Below are positions 26,713-37,936 of a DNA stretch of 64,000 nt, in pieces. This DNA comes from Nemertoderma westbladi. Lineage: Eukaryota > Animalia > Xenacoelomorpha. Numbering within the stretch: position 1 is the stretch's first letter; every line of letters starts with the position of its first letter. The position numbers were made by a program, and so were the translations under genes. A model generated the notes under the pieces. That model did not search any database and was not told where the DNA came from. It worked only from the letters and a program-made list of their open reading frames with translations. Where the stretch lies: the NCBI GenBank assembly GCA_032718475.1, contig JAUCBJ010002497.1:1-64000 (forward strand), read 5' to 3'.

Positions 26713-28925
26713 ATTTTATCGACCCCAGTGAATGAAAGAAGGTCGAGCAGAATGAGAACCAACCTGTTGAAACTTAGAAAGACACTAAATACTACAATGA
26801 ACGCACGCACTCTAAAACTGCTTAGCAAACATTATTGCAGCTCTGGCAATGGAATATTACATCGACATCATTTGTATTCAGGAATATCAGATTAGTCATG
26901 AGACATTGCCATCAAGTATAATGAATGACATTTGAAATGGACGTTTATAACGTCCATCCACTTCCAGTCTGCAAATTCAGCAGAAAGCAATTCGGTCAAA
27001 ATTTCAATTGGTTGAGTATGAATTCTCCTAAGTTCATTTACACTTCTGACACTAAACCCCATCGAATATAAAAGTTCCAGGATCATAAACTAATATAATT
27101 ACAACATTTTTGGTGGGAATCACAAGACAACAGCAATGTGTTGCTACAATCCAACAAATAATGCATCAGAGACAGAACAAACAGTCAAGGACTAGAAGAT
27201 TTGAAAGGGCTTATAAAGTCATTGATACCTACAAACACCACATTCGAAAAGAGTAAGGATGGACATTTAACTGCGAGGCATACAGTAGTCAGCTCGTTCA
27301 ACCTAATTTGTTTGGACCAGACCAGAATGCAGAGCTCAGACTCAGTTTGAGAGCCAGTAAACTCAGGACAAGCAAGCAAATCAACTATAACTGGGAGAAA
27401 CTCAGAACTGACAATGGAGTAAAGGAAGCTCACACAGTAGAAGTTCAAAATCGCAAGAGAGAAGATGTTAAGATACTCCTACAGTACTCCAAAGTAAAAA
27501 CTGAACAACCAACAGCCGAAGACATCAACAAGGTTGAGAAATCTAAACAACTAGGCACCTGCCGAACTCCAAAGAAGTATTAAAAGCATGTCCAATTATA
27601 AAGCGAGTGGATTAGGTGAAATCCCTGAAGAGGTATGGAAAACATGAGTGCTAAACAGACCATTATTGAATGTTTGCAACCGGATGTTAAAAGGGGAAAA
27701 GCCACCACCAATTTGGACTAAAGGTCAACTAAAGCCTCTCCCTAAGAAAGGAGACCTCGGCATACCAACAAACTATCGTGGGATCTGTCTGCTTGTGGTA
27801 GCTGCCAAAATATACAATAAAATGATTCTACTGTATATAGGATTAGGCTTCACTTAGAGAATGTTTCTCTTTTATGTTGCGTTTTATTCACATTTTTTTT
27901 TTATATATAGGCCTATGTTATAAACAAATAAAGTTGAAAAAATATTTCTATCATAACAAAAAAAATCTGCCATATTTAAATAAAAATAAATAAAATCTGA
28001 AATATTTTTAAAAAAATACAATATTATTGTATAAATGCTGGGTAACGGCAATATGTTCCAGAACATTTATATGTATCAAAACTAAAAAATAGCTACATAA
28101 AAAGTATTATAAAATGATCAATAATGCTTGATAGGGCCGTGGTGATGGAGACGTTTTAAAATTATTTTCCAACAACAATTGTAAAGCGAAAATACAGTAC
28201 AATTTTTTTTAAATATAAGTATTATACAATATTCTATATATTATATGGTGGTGTACATTTAGTATATTACCTTTAAAATTGACGTAACAACTTCGATAGA
28301 ATCGGGTTCCGAAAATAGTTAGGTCTTCAAGCTCACCATCTCCCAAATCCAACGGAATCTTCAAATTTCCAGCTAATTCTTCGTATCGTGGCAATCTTGT
28401 TTCGCAAATGGCAAAAGTCCTTTCTCATATTGCTATCACTGCATTTTTCTAGCGTTTCCAACTTTTGGATTTTTTGGAACTATCGCCTTACATAAGGGGG
28501 TAGATCCAGATAAGGCAATCTTTCTCAAAACTAAATGTCACTATTAATCACAATATTTTTTAATTATTTTAGTCAAAGCACTCGTCGCCTCCAACTCTCT
28601 TATCCGTTATCCATTAACCGTTATTTTCATTGCCTAAATGTAACTTATTACTGCAATGTTTTGAATCATAAAAACATAATATTCTAGAATGTTTAATGTT
28701 GTTGCTAACACATTCTCTACATAGATTAACATTTTTTTGGTAATTTTGTTATGATTTTATCCTCCAAACAAACGGCAATAAAAAAAATTGCTCAACCTTT
28801 CCCAAAGTCTTTATAGCGAAAATGTATTGTTATAATGTGGAACAACATCATGAGCAAATAAAATTGCAGTCATACGCTGGAGAACGGTTCGTCAGTAAAA
28901 TGTACCAAGCGTCTACTCGACTATA
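26713..28925 (+). repeat. Direct duplication, copy A (SINE-core fragment, degenerate RTE-like LINE, AT-rich DNA)
   Basis: Colinear with 33407-34986. Translates to fragments TMNARTL..DIICIQE (APE) and WTKGQLKPLPKKGDL..NYRGICLL..AAKIYNKMIL (RT). Confidence 0.9.
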
Positions 28926-29691
28926 ACTAACAATTATACCGAAACTCTTTTTTTCATTGTATGTGTGGGTCGGCGTTCCCGCCAAAATTACATGACATTC
29001 TCGGCCCGAGAATGCAAACTGTCAGACAGTCTGATTTTTGACCAAACTTCAGATTCTTTCTAAACGTTTGACGGTCTACATACGTAAAAAGTTTGGTTTA
29101 AGTTTATTATGGAATAACCGAGTAATTAGCGATCAAATATTAGACAACGACGACAGTCAATAACGACAAACAAATCAGTAGTGGTAGGCCTACCCCAATG
29201 CTAAGGCTTCGCATATTTCGTGAATATATATAACACCCTGTTTAAGCTAATATAAATAAGTATTACCATGCTAATAAATATTAGGACCCAACTGTTTATG
29301 ATTAAAATTTCATGCGATTAGGATTTGTAGGTACAGTATAATAATTTAGTGTGCCTCCCATACCTACGTAGGTTGTGTGTGGTGGAGACTTGTTCCAAAT
29401 TAAGACAATAAAATGAGTACAATGTAATTTCTGGACATGTTAGGAAGGGAGGGGGGGGGGGGGGGGGGATTCTGAATACTGTTAACAGAATTAATACGCC
29501 GTAAGTTTATTACATCCAAACAACCACCTATAATATTATTTAATCGGTGGGTTAACTAATTCTAGAATTTAGTCTTCATATATAAATAACAAACATTGAA
29601 AAAAGTTGTCATACACGAATTGCTCTATTAAATTTGTAACACAATTTAAATTAAATAGGAATAACAGGTACTGTATCCGTGTTGGGACTCA

Positions 29692-29760
29692 ATGGCTGCG
29701 AAGAAGAAAGGGAATAGAAGCAGGTCAAGGAGTCGTAGAGGGAATGGGATGAAAGGGAAG
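29692..29760 (+). CDS. BAF-like gene 1, predicted exon 1 (MAAKKKGNRSRSRSRRGNGMKGK)
   Basis: ATG at 29692 in a purine-rich island; donor AAG|GTTTGT at 29761. Phase 0 matches the acceptor at 30733. Confidence 0.6.
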
Positions 29761-30074
29761 GTTTGTTTATTTATTTTAATACAATATAATCTATGTTGGG
29801 AAATATTTCTCTGTGATATCCTTGTCGTTTAGTCCATTACCTATAATTAACATATCTGGCTACCGTGGGTTCAAGTTAACCCGGTTTCATCTATGCGCCG
29901 CATCCTTAAACGATCGCTAAAAGAGTAAGTTTCTTCGAGGCAGAATACAGTAGTTCTGGGGGAATCGCACTGGAAGTAAGTGATTCTTTGTGCGTTTTCC
30001 CTGAAATAATGTACAAAGATAACTTTACTTTTTTTAGTTTACTTTCGTGACTCGGTTCTCATTAAACATCGTAA

Positions 30075-30232
30075 TAACTATTTACATACTTGTGTGTAAA
30101 GTAGCACTTTACAGTGGGATGATCTGAGTGGCTTCGTTACACGAACGAACGTTAGTGAGTGAGTGAAAATAAAGCCACGAGGATCAGAACACTGTAAAGT
30201 ACTTTGCAACAAGTACTGTATGTATGTAGTTA
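30075..30232. mobile_element. Short palindromic non-autonomous element in BAF-like 1 intron
   Basis: ATAACTA..CATACTTG..ACTTTACAGTG..GATC..GTGGCTT is mirrored by AAGCCAC..GATC..CACTGTAAAGT..CAAGTA..TAGTTAT. Confidence 0.55.
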
Positions 30233-30469
30233 TATTCCAAAATTTTAACATTACGAAATAGATTGTATATATATTATAAGTGATAGAAACTGGACAAATT
30301 AAATTAGTTGCTGTATAATTAAATGTAAAAGTGACATAAATTATGTTATAAATATGTTAGCTTATATTTATGGTGGCGTGTGGAGCCATGTTATAATAAT
30401 ATAGCTAGGCCCAGCTGGTTATTAATAGATATACCCCGCCTACCGGTAGGTAATGCAGTAGGCCTATTT

Positions 30470-30697
30470 GGCTGTCAGGCAAATACCACCTATTGTTTAC
30501 GTAGTAACCAATGACGCCGTAACTTTACAGCTCGCCGTCATTGGTTACCACATAAACAAGGGACATTACAACACCCACTACAATACTAATTATACAGGCC
30601 AATACAATGCTGTAATGTCCTATAAAGTTGTAAAGTGCTAAATAACAACTCGCTGTTAATACTAACGGCGTTGAGTAATGTTACAATTTTGGAATAA
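30470..30697 (-). repeat. Dispersed repeat, inverted partner of 38768-38990
   Basis: TTCCAAAA.TGTAACATTACTCAA.GCCGTTAGTA.TAACAGCGAGTTGTTATTTAGCA is shared. Confidence 0.7.
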
Positions 30698-30733
30698 AAT
30701 CATTTTACAAAATGCTCAATACAATTCTTTCAG

Positions 30734-31069
30734 GGTAAGGAAAGTCGAGGAATCGCGAGAAGAGGTGGAAACGGAAAGAAAATAGGGAAGATCCTGAAGA
30801 CGAAGAAACATCGACGGATTCTGGCTCGGGAGTTGGGAAATCGGAGTGTGAAGTACATCCCTGGAATAGGAGAAGTATTCGGAGGTAGTCTCGCCAATAA
30901 TGGATTCACACGCGCCTACCAGATCTTAGCGAAGTACATTCTACTAAGAGAGAAGCTGGAAGATTTCCATCTGTGGGTCTCCAAGATCTGTGGGGACCAC
31001 TTTTACAAGGCCTATTCCCGTCGAGCTCATAGAGCTATATCGATCATGTGCGAAGCATACTACTCGTAA
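30734..31069 (+). CDS. Barrier-to-autointegration factor-like protein 1, exon 2 (basic linker and BAF domain)
   Basis: Acceptor ttctttcag. KKHRRILARELGNRSVKYIPGIGEVFGGSLANNGFTRAYQIL..F.LW..KICG..CEAY aligns to BAF (KHRDF..MGEKPV..AGIGEVLG..GFDKAY..F.EW..TCG..CDAF). Confidence 0.85.
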   Translation, partial: GKESRGIARRGGNGKKIGKILKTKKHRRILARELGNRSVKYIPGIGEVFGGSLANNGFTRAYQILAKYILLREKLEDFHLWVSKICGDHFYKAYSRRAHRAISIMCEAYYS

Positions 31070-31545
31070 ATGTTAACAGCCGACTCGAGTAAATAAGATA
31101 GATTGAGCCCACATGTTATTGGATAGTTATGTAACTAGATCTAAATAATTATTTGCTGTTTGTTTGTAGCATTGTATTATATTTATTATTAATACAAAAC
31201 TTCTCAATTCCGCGCCATCACATGAAATATTCATTCTGTCCACGGTAATTTTGATTTCATACGAGCTTGTTGTTCTATTTACTGTTTGTATCGTAAGAAT
31301 GGTTTTATTTATTTTTTCTTTATTTTTATTAGAATATTTTTCTAAAATTTTTTAATATAATCTTTAACTTTAAATCTCCTTCGGTCGGATAATTACTGAG
31401 TCGATAGCTAATAATTATTGACTTGTGTATTTAACACAAATGTAATACTGTTAACGGAATAACCGCCTCCAAATAATTCCAATACTTGTTCGCGGTATTT
31501 CAACTTTTCTTAACGCGAGTTGAATATTTTTTGGATTTGTTTTAA

Positions 31546-31646
31546 ATGAATATTCCGATATCACTACTGGGTGCGGGAACATGGGATTTGGGCAGATTCA
31601 ATGGACTGAGGGCGATTTATGGGCGAATATTGGAGCGACTTACGGG
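31546..31646 (+). CDS. BAF-like gene 2, predicted exon 1 (MNIPISLLGAGTWDLGRFNGLRAIYGRILERLT)
   Basis: ATG at 31546; donor GG|GTACGG at 31647, phase 2, compatible with acceptor at 31733. GLRAIYGRILER resembles BAF GIGEVLGKKLEE. Confidence 0.45.
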
Positions 31647-31733
31647 GTACGGGACTCATTTCATGTATTTAAGGGCCAGGGGTGGGAGGCAAAGTTAAGC
31701 AGTATTCAGGTTTGCCTTATTACTATTCTCCAG

Positions 31734-31944
31734 GCGGCTGGGAAGAATCGGAATTAGATTCGCGAATCAGCTCGTTAATCGCTTCATTGACTTCAATGGG
31801 GATGAAGAAGTGTTCTATCGTTATCTACATGATAGTTGTGGGCCCCAAATGCATCGAACTCGGTATCATGTAATATTGCAATGGGTGAAGGAACATAGAG
31901 ACATCGGGACAACAAAGAATATTGCAATGGGTGAAGGAACATAG
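31734..31944 (+). CDS. BAF-like gene 2, exon 2; ends in the second unit of the 46-bp array
   Basis: Acceptor tactattctccag. RLGRIGIRFANQLVNRFIDFNGDEEVFYRYLHDSCG...VILQWVKEH parallels BAF [35 protein letters not shown]...LREWCDA. Confidence 0.6.
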
Positions 31945-32561
31945 AGACATCGGGACAACAAAGAATATTGCAATGGGTGAAGGAACATAGAGACATCGGG
32001 ACAACAAAGAATATTGCAATGGGTGAAGGAACATAGAGACATCGGGACAACAAAGAATATTGCAATGGGTGAAGGAACATAGAGACATCGGGACAACAAA
32101 GAATATTGCAATGGGTGAAGGAACATAGAGACATCGGGACAACAAAGAATATTGCAATGGGTGAAGGAACATAGAGACATCGGGACAACAAAGAATATTG
32201 CAATGGGTGAAGGAACATAGAGACATCGGGACAACAAAGAATATTGCAATGGGTGAAGGAACATAGAGACATCGGGACAACAAAGAATATTGCAATGGGT
32301 GAAGGAACATAGAGACATCGGGACAACAAAGAATATTGCAATGGGTGAAGGAACATAGAGACATCGGGACAACAAAGAATATTGCAATGGGTGAAGGAAC
32401 ATAGAGACATCGGGACAACAAAGAATATTGCAATGGGTGAAGGAACATAGAGACATCGGGACAACAAAGAATATTGCAATGGGTGAAGGAAGATAGAGAC
32501 ATCGGGACAACAAAGAATATTGCAATGGGTGAAGGAACATAGAGACATCGGGACAACAAAG
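31872..32561. repeat. 46-bp tandem repeat, 15 near-identical copies
   Basis: Unit AATATTGCAATGGGTGAAGGAACATAGAGACATCGGGACAACAAAG. I see one substitution, at ~32492. Confidence 0.97.
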
Positions 32562-33406
32562 AAACGTGGAAGTGATAGTCTGGAAGTCGGGGTCAGTAGT
32601 GAAACAACAGGAGAGCAACAAAGGTTAACTGTCTGTGTAACTTTCGATGTTCTCATAGGGGGAGAAAAGGCAACCGTCCAAACAACTCATTTAGTAAAAC
32701 ATTTTTTAATTGTCTGAGGAGGTGTTTATTTTGCTGCGGCTGTCCGACACTTTGAACCCAGCCAGTAATTTAGTCGATTTACAATAAAACATTAATTAAT
32801 AAATTGTGCAGCAATATTATTTGAAACCCTATATTTTTTAAATTACCTACAGTATATAAAATCGATAGCTATTTGTTCTATTAGAAATCACTAGCTGCCT
32901 GGTAAAACAATAATGAAAAAAAACACTAGCTAACTAATGTAAGAGAGTTATAATAGGTCTACACAATAACATACTTACAAATAGTCTACCTGCCAACTCC
33001 CGAAAATTTAGTTTAGATGGCATTTTTTGTTAATGGTTGGCATTGACCTGATTTTTGTGCTTCAAGACATGGCGAATCCAGCTAGGCCGGATGCCACCTC
33101 TGCATATTTTATTTAATGCCTTTTTTTGGGCTTCAAAGTTTTTTGCTCAAAAATGATTTTTTTCAATTTTAGGATAAAAGTTCATGGTGAATGCTAGTGA
33201 ATCTCGTCTCATTACCAGTGTATAAATCTAAAGTTAATAAAAATGCATCAATGTTGTCCTGAAACTGTTATAAACACTTTGGTAAAGAAGAAAATTTCCG
33301 AAATTCCCTTGCAGTCCGCCAACCCGGCCCTAGTAACCGCCTTAGCAACAGATTTATGAATTTTAAATTGTCAATTTCTTTGTCTCACCTTTCTTTTTCC
33401 TGAGAA

Positions 33407-34986
33407 ATTTTATCGACCCCAGTGAATGAAAGAAGGTCGAGCAGAATGAGAACCAACCTGTTGAAACTTAGAAAGACACTAAATACTACAATGAACGCAC
33501 GCACTCTAAAACTGCTTAGCAAACATTATTGCAGCTCTGGCAATGGAATATTACATCGACATCATTTGTATTCAGGAATATCAGATTAGTCATGAGACAT
33601 TGCCATCAAGTATAATGAATGACATTTGAAATGGACGTTTATAACGTCCATCCACTTCCAGTCTGCAAATTCAGCAGAAAGCAATTCGGTCAAAATTTCA
33701 ATTGGTTGAGTATGAATTCTCCTAAGTCCATTTACACTTCTGACACTAAACCCCATCGAATATAAAAATTCCAGGATCATAAACTCATAATTACAACATT
33801 TGGTGGGAATCACAAGACAACAGCAATGTGTTGCTACAATCCAACCAATAATGCATCAGAGCGAGAATATATATGGCAAGACACTACCTATAGAAACAGA
33901 GGACTTCACACCTGCCGAACTCCAAAGAAGTATTAAATGTAAATGTCAAATTATAAAGCGAGTGGATTAGATAAAATCCTTGGAGAGGTATTGGAAACAT
34001 GAGTGCTAAACAGACCATTATTGGATCTGGATGTTTGCAAACGGATGCTGAATATGGAAAAGCAACCACCAATTTGGACTAAAGGTCAACTAAAGCCTCT
34101 CCCCAAGAAAGGAGACCTCGGCATACCAACAAACTATCGTGGGATCTGTCTGCTTGTGGTAGCTGCCAAAATATACAACAAAATGATTCTATATAGGATT
34201 AGGCCTCACACAGAGAATGGTGCTCTTTTATGTTGCGTTTTAATCACATTTTTTTTTAAAATATATTTATGTTATAAACACGTAAAGTTGAAAAAATATT
34301 TCCATCATAACAAAAAAATCTGACATATTTTAAAATAAATAAATAAAATCTGACATATTTTAAAATTATGGGCAACAATAATATTGTATACATGTTGGGT
34401 AACGACAATATGTTCCAGAACATTTATTTGTATCAAAAATTAAAAATAGCTACATAAAAAGTATTATGAAATGATTAATAATGCCCAGCTAATTTTTCGT
34501 ATCGCGGCAATCTTCGGGTTTTCAGGGCAAAAGTCCTTTCTCATATTGCTACCGGTATATAAGGCAGTAGATCCAGATAAGGCAATCTTTCTCAAAACTA
34601 AATGTCGCTATTAATCACAATTTTTTTTAGTTATGTTAGCCAAAGCACTCGTCGCCTTCAACTCTCTTTAAGGTCATTTTAATTGCCTAAATGAAACCTA
34701 TTACAGAAATGTTTTGCATTATGTATTACATAAAAACATAATATTCTAGAATGTTTAATGTTGTTGCTAACACATTCTCTACATAACTTAACATTTTTTG
34801 GTAATTTTGTTATGATTTTACCCTCCAAACAAACGGCAATAAAAAAAATTGCTCAACCTTTCCCAAAGTCTTTATATCGAAAATGTATTGTTATAATGTG
34901 GAACAACATCTTGAGCAAATAAAATTGCAGTCATACGCTGGAGAACGGTTCGTCAGTAAAATGTACCAAGCGTCTACTCGACTATA
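33407..34986 (+). repeat. Direct duplication, copy B (lacks internal segments present in copy A)
   Basis: Starts ATTTTATCGACCCCAGTGAATG and ends GCGTCTACTCGACTATA, as does 26713-28925. Confidence 0.9.
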
Positions 34987-35637
34987 TACTATACAAATGG
35001 ATACATTATATTTATCATTGAGTAACTAAATTTATATTATTGTAAATTTGGGTCCATAAAAATGATATTACTTTTCAAATTATTAAAACCAAAATACACT
35101 GCGCCCGCACAATAGCCCTTAAGGCGAACCTTGTTTCTGAAAGAGTACCAAAACTGATTATTTGAGGGAGTAATGTTTAATAATAAGTATTGGATTACAC
35201 ACAGGTAAATTGTATTTACATTTCTTGCATAGATAATAAAGTTGAGTAATACCAATTTTCTGCTTTGGTAAAAAATATTAAAAATCATATTTATGATTTA
35301 TATATTAACACATTAATTTAAATAGTTAGTTATTCCCTTATTATAAGTTAAATTCAGGGTCATATCTGAAATAGGTTATTAATATTTACAATAATTCATG
35401 CATAAAATAATAAAAATTAGGTACAAATTGTAGAGGTATTTTTGATTAGATGAATATATTTTTGCATTCTTTACATTAGGGAGAACGGAGGGAAGGGTGT
35501 GGGGTGGTTTCGATACAGATTACGGTCAATTTTCGCTAATTATAAAACAACGGCTCAATAACAGCAATTAAATTCAAATTAATTTTCAATAAACCAATGA
35601 CCCCCCCCCCCCCCCCCCCCCCCCCCGAGTTACTCTA

Positions 35638-36702
35638 CTATACTTGGACAACGGCTACTTCCATAGCAATTCCACACACATTGGCACCGGCTTTGATATA
35701 AATATATCCGTCGTTCCCAAACTCCGTTCCCCAAGAGTTCCTTACGATATAGTAGGGAACATTGCCCTGGAGGTTGTAACCTACCACCTGGACGGCGTGG
35801 TTGAGAGTGGTCGGCTCGCAGTGGTACTGAATGATACCGCCGAGGTAATCCTGCCAGCTAATAGCATTAACAGCAACAGCTAGTGTAGTGTCAACCAGTA
35901 ATTCTACCATTAGCTTTTCGTTACCGCCGCGTAACGAATAACACTCGAAATCCTCAACGCCGACGAGACCCTGGGCTGAACGCGGAACTTTACAATTGTT
36001 ATTTCGGCCGTTAAACGGGTAATCCTTATAAGCAACCAACTTCGTTTGGGTCGCTTTCAGCCAATTTAAAGCCCGGCAGAAGTCGCCGCCTTGACAACCG
36101 TGGTTAGTCGAGTCGCAATCAATGAGTTGTTGGCCGCTCAACTCGTACAACTCTCCGTGCGTCAACCGGTACTGCGTCTCCATAACCTCGACCAAACTGA
36201 TGGCCCAACAGCCTCCGCAACTACCTTGGTTGCGGACACCAGTCAGCACCGGGGGCGACGCGGTGCGTCTATCCACGATACTAGGCAACGGGGCGCCGGC
36301 CGGGATCTTAATATTCGGTTTTACTGTGGAATAGTTACCAAAACCGCTTTCGGGATCAAGTAAATACATTTTAGCGAATTCCGCCGGGGTTAAATCTGAG
36401 AACTTATTAACTCCGTATACCGCACCGCTTACGGTGGTCCCTGGAGAACCACCACCGGTGACACCAACACTAATAGCTTTATTCACTCTGTCGTGCCTAG
36501 CTAAACTCGCTTTAAATATTTCCAGTCTGTGGTTAAACTCAATCGTTCCAGGTTTATACGGTTTACGATACTTTATAATGAATTCTCTGAACTTTCGCAT
36601 CGAGACATTATTGTCGTCGTGAGATGCCGATACTACCGGTAGTTGAATCACGGCTGACAGTGCCACAAAACTAGCAAATACTCGAATATTGGCGCAATAC
36701 AT
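35638..36702 (-). CDS. CTSO: Cathepsin O-like papain-family protease, intronless
   Basis: Signal-like N-terminus from ATG 36702; I29 propeptide (YGVNKFSDLT); QGSCGGCWA, NHAV and RNSWG catalytic motifs; SWQDYLGGIIQYHC typical of cathepsin O. Confidence 0.88.
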   Translation of the reverse strand: MYCANIRVFASFVALSAVIQLPVVSASHDDNNVSMRKFREFIIKYRKPYKPGTIEFNHRLEIFKASLARHDRVNKAISVGVTGGGSPGTTVSGAVYGVNKFSDLTPAEFAKMYLLDPESGFGNYSTVKPNIKIPAGAPLPSIVDRRTASPPVLTGVRNQGSCGGCWAISLVEVMETQYRLTHGELYELSGQQLIDCDSTNHGCQGGDFCRALNWLKATQTKLVAYKDYPFNGRNNNCKVPRSAQGLVGVEDFECYSLRGGNEKLMVELLVDTTLAVAVNAISWQDYLGGIIQYHCEPTTLNHAVQVVGYNLQGNVPYYIVRNSWGTEFGNDGYIYIKAGANVCGIAMEVAVVQV

Positions 36703-37050
36703 TGTTGTATTACAGTTATTACGCAAATAACAAATCTAAATTATTACAACAGTACTATATATTACAGTATTAAATAGTTTACTTTAGTCAAATTAATTCT
36801 GTCTAGTCTATCCATATCGCGGCTGTACAGTAGCATAATTTTATGTTAACCAAATAACCATTTGTTACAGTCCAGTTTGAATTTCACGCCATTAGGTACA
36901 TTTTATAACGAAGTATCGATACTTTCAACTATTTTATATTAAAATTTTTATTCAAAAAATACCCCTAAATAATAACAGATTTTAACTTTTCGGTCGAAAT
37001 TAAATTGACATTTTATATGAAGAATTTGTATTTATTTTTCTCCTTATTAA

Positions 37051-37936
37051 GGGGGGGGGGGGGGGGGGGGGGGGGCGTATACCCCCCCTCAAGTAAAATT
37101 TTCAAATTGTTGTTTCTTTATTTCACCTAGAGCAGAATTTAATGAGGATTACAAATCTGAAAACCGCTTAGTGAGACCTCTTTCAGTTCTCGAGTTATCA
37201 CTGTTTTTCCGTATGACGGTCTGTCCGTCAAATTGTAAGAAAGACAGAAGACCGACAGTCAGACAGATAAACTAGATTCCACCAAAAATTAAAACTGACA
37301 TCGGAAATGAAATCAGCGACCCCGAAAACCCCCGTAATGAACATTTTAGCTCGTTGGTGTGCATCATTCGTGCCAGAAATAATTAACCAACCAGAACGCA
37401 GACAGCCAGTTTTGGCGGGACGGTTTAAACTTTGAAGGGCATTTTCTCGGAATGACATTTTTCATTTTCAAATTACTACTCCTCCGTCATTTTTCAACCA
37501 ATTTTCTTCTTTTATGGCTCATTCGAACGAGCTTTGGAAGCTCTTTAAAAGTTATCTTATGGAATTTTGATAAATATTACCATTTTTTATAATTAGCCAA
37601 TTTTAATTAAAAATATGATAATTAATTAATTAAAATAAAAATGGCTAATTAAAAATTCTATAAGATAACTTTTGTAGAGTCGATCACGCTGAGTCCAAAA
37701 AAGTTGGTTTCAAGAAATTTGGATCAAAATTGAGGGACTAGTAGCAATTTTAGTGAAATCTTTAATTCCGCCGCCAGCCGCTAGGGGGAGGCTACAAATT
37801 TTCAAATTTTACTATAAAGGCTATTTGGCCTTCCATACAGTTGTTGACCATGACAAAATAGCAATATTATCATTTAACACTATTTGACAGCCATTTTAAA
37901 AAAGGTTCAAGGGGGGGTATACCCCCCCTTGCCCCC
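37051..37936. mobile_element. TTAA-flanked non-autonomous element with G-rich TIRs (Kolobok-like)
   Basis: TTAA|GGGGG..GTATACCCCCCCT at left and AGGGGGGGTATACCCCCCCTTGCCCCC|TTAA at right. Confidence 0.65.

Noticed and set aside
31793-32656. Three long Cys-rich minus-strand ORFs
   Set aside because: By-product of a 46-bp unit with no minus-strand stops; the plus strand carries the BAF-like signal.
35600-35626. Long G/C homopolymers (also 3219, 14081, 16862, 29451, 37051, 43708) as a regulatory system
   Set aside because: Several are parts of MITE termini, homopolymer lengths are error-prone, and there is no further support.
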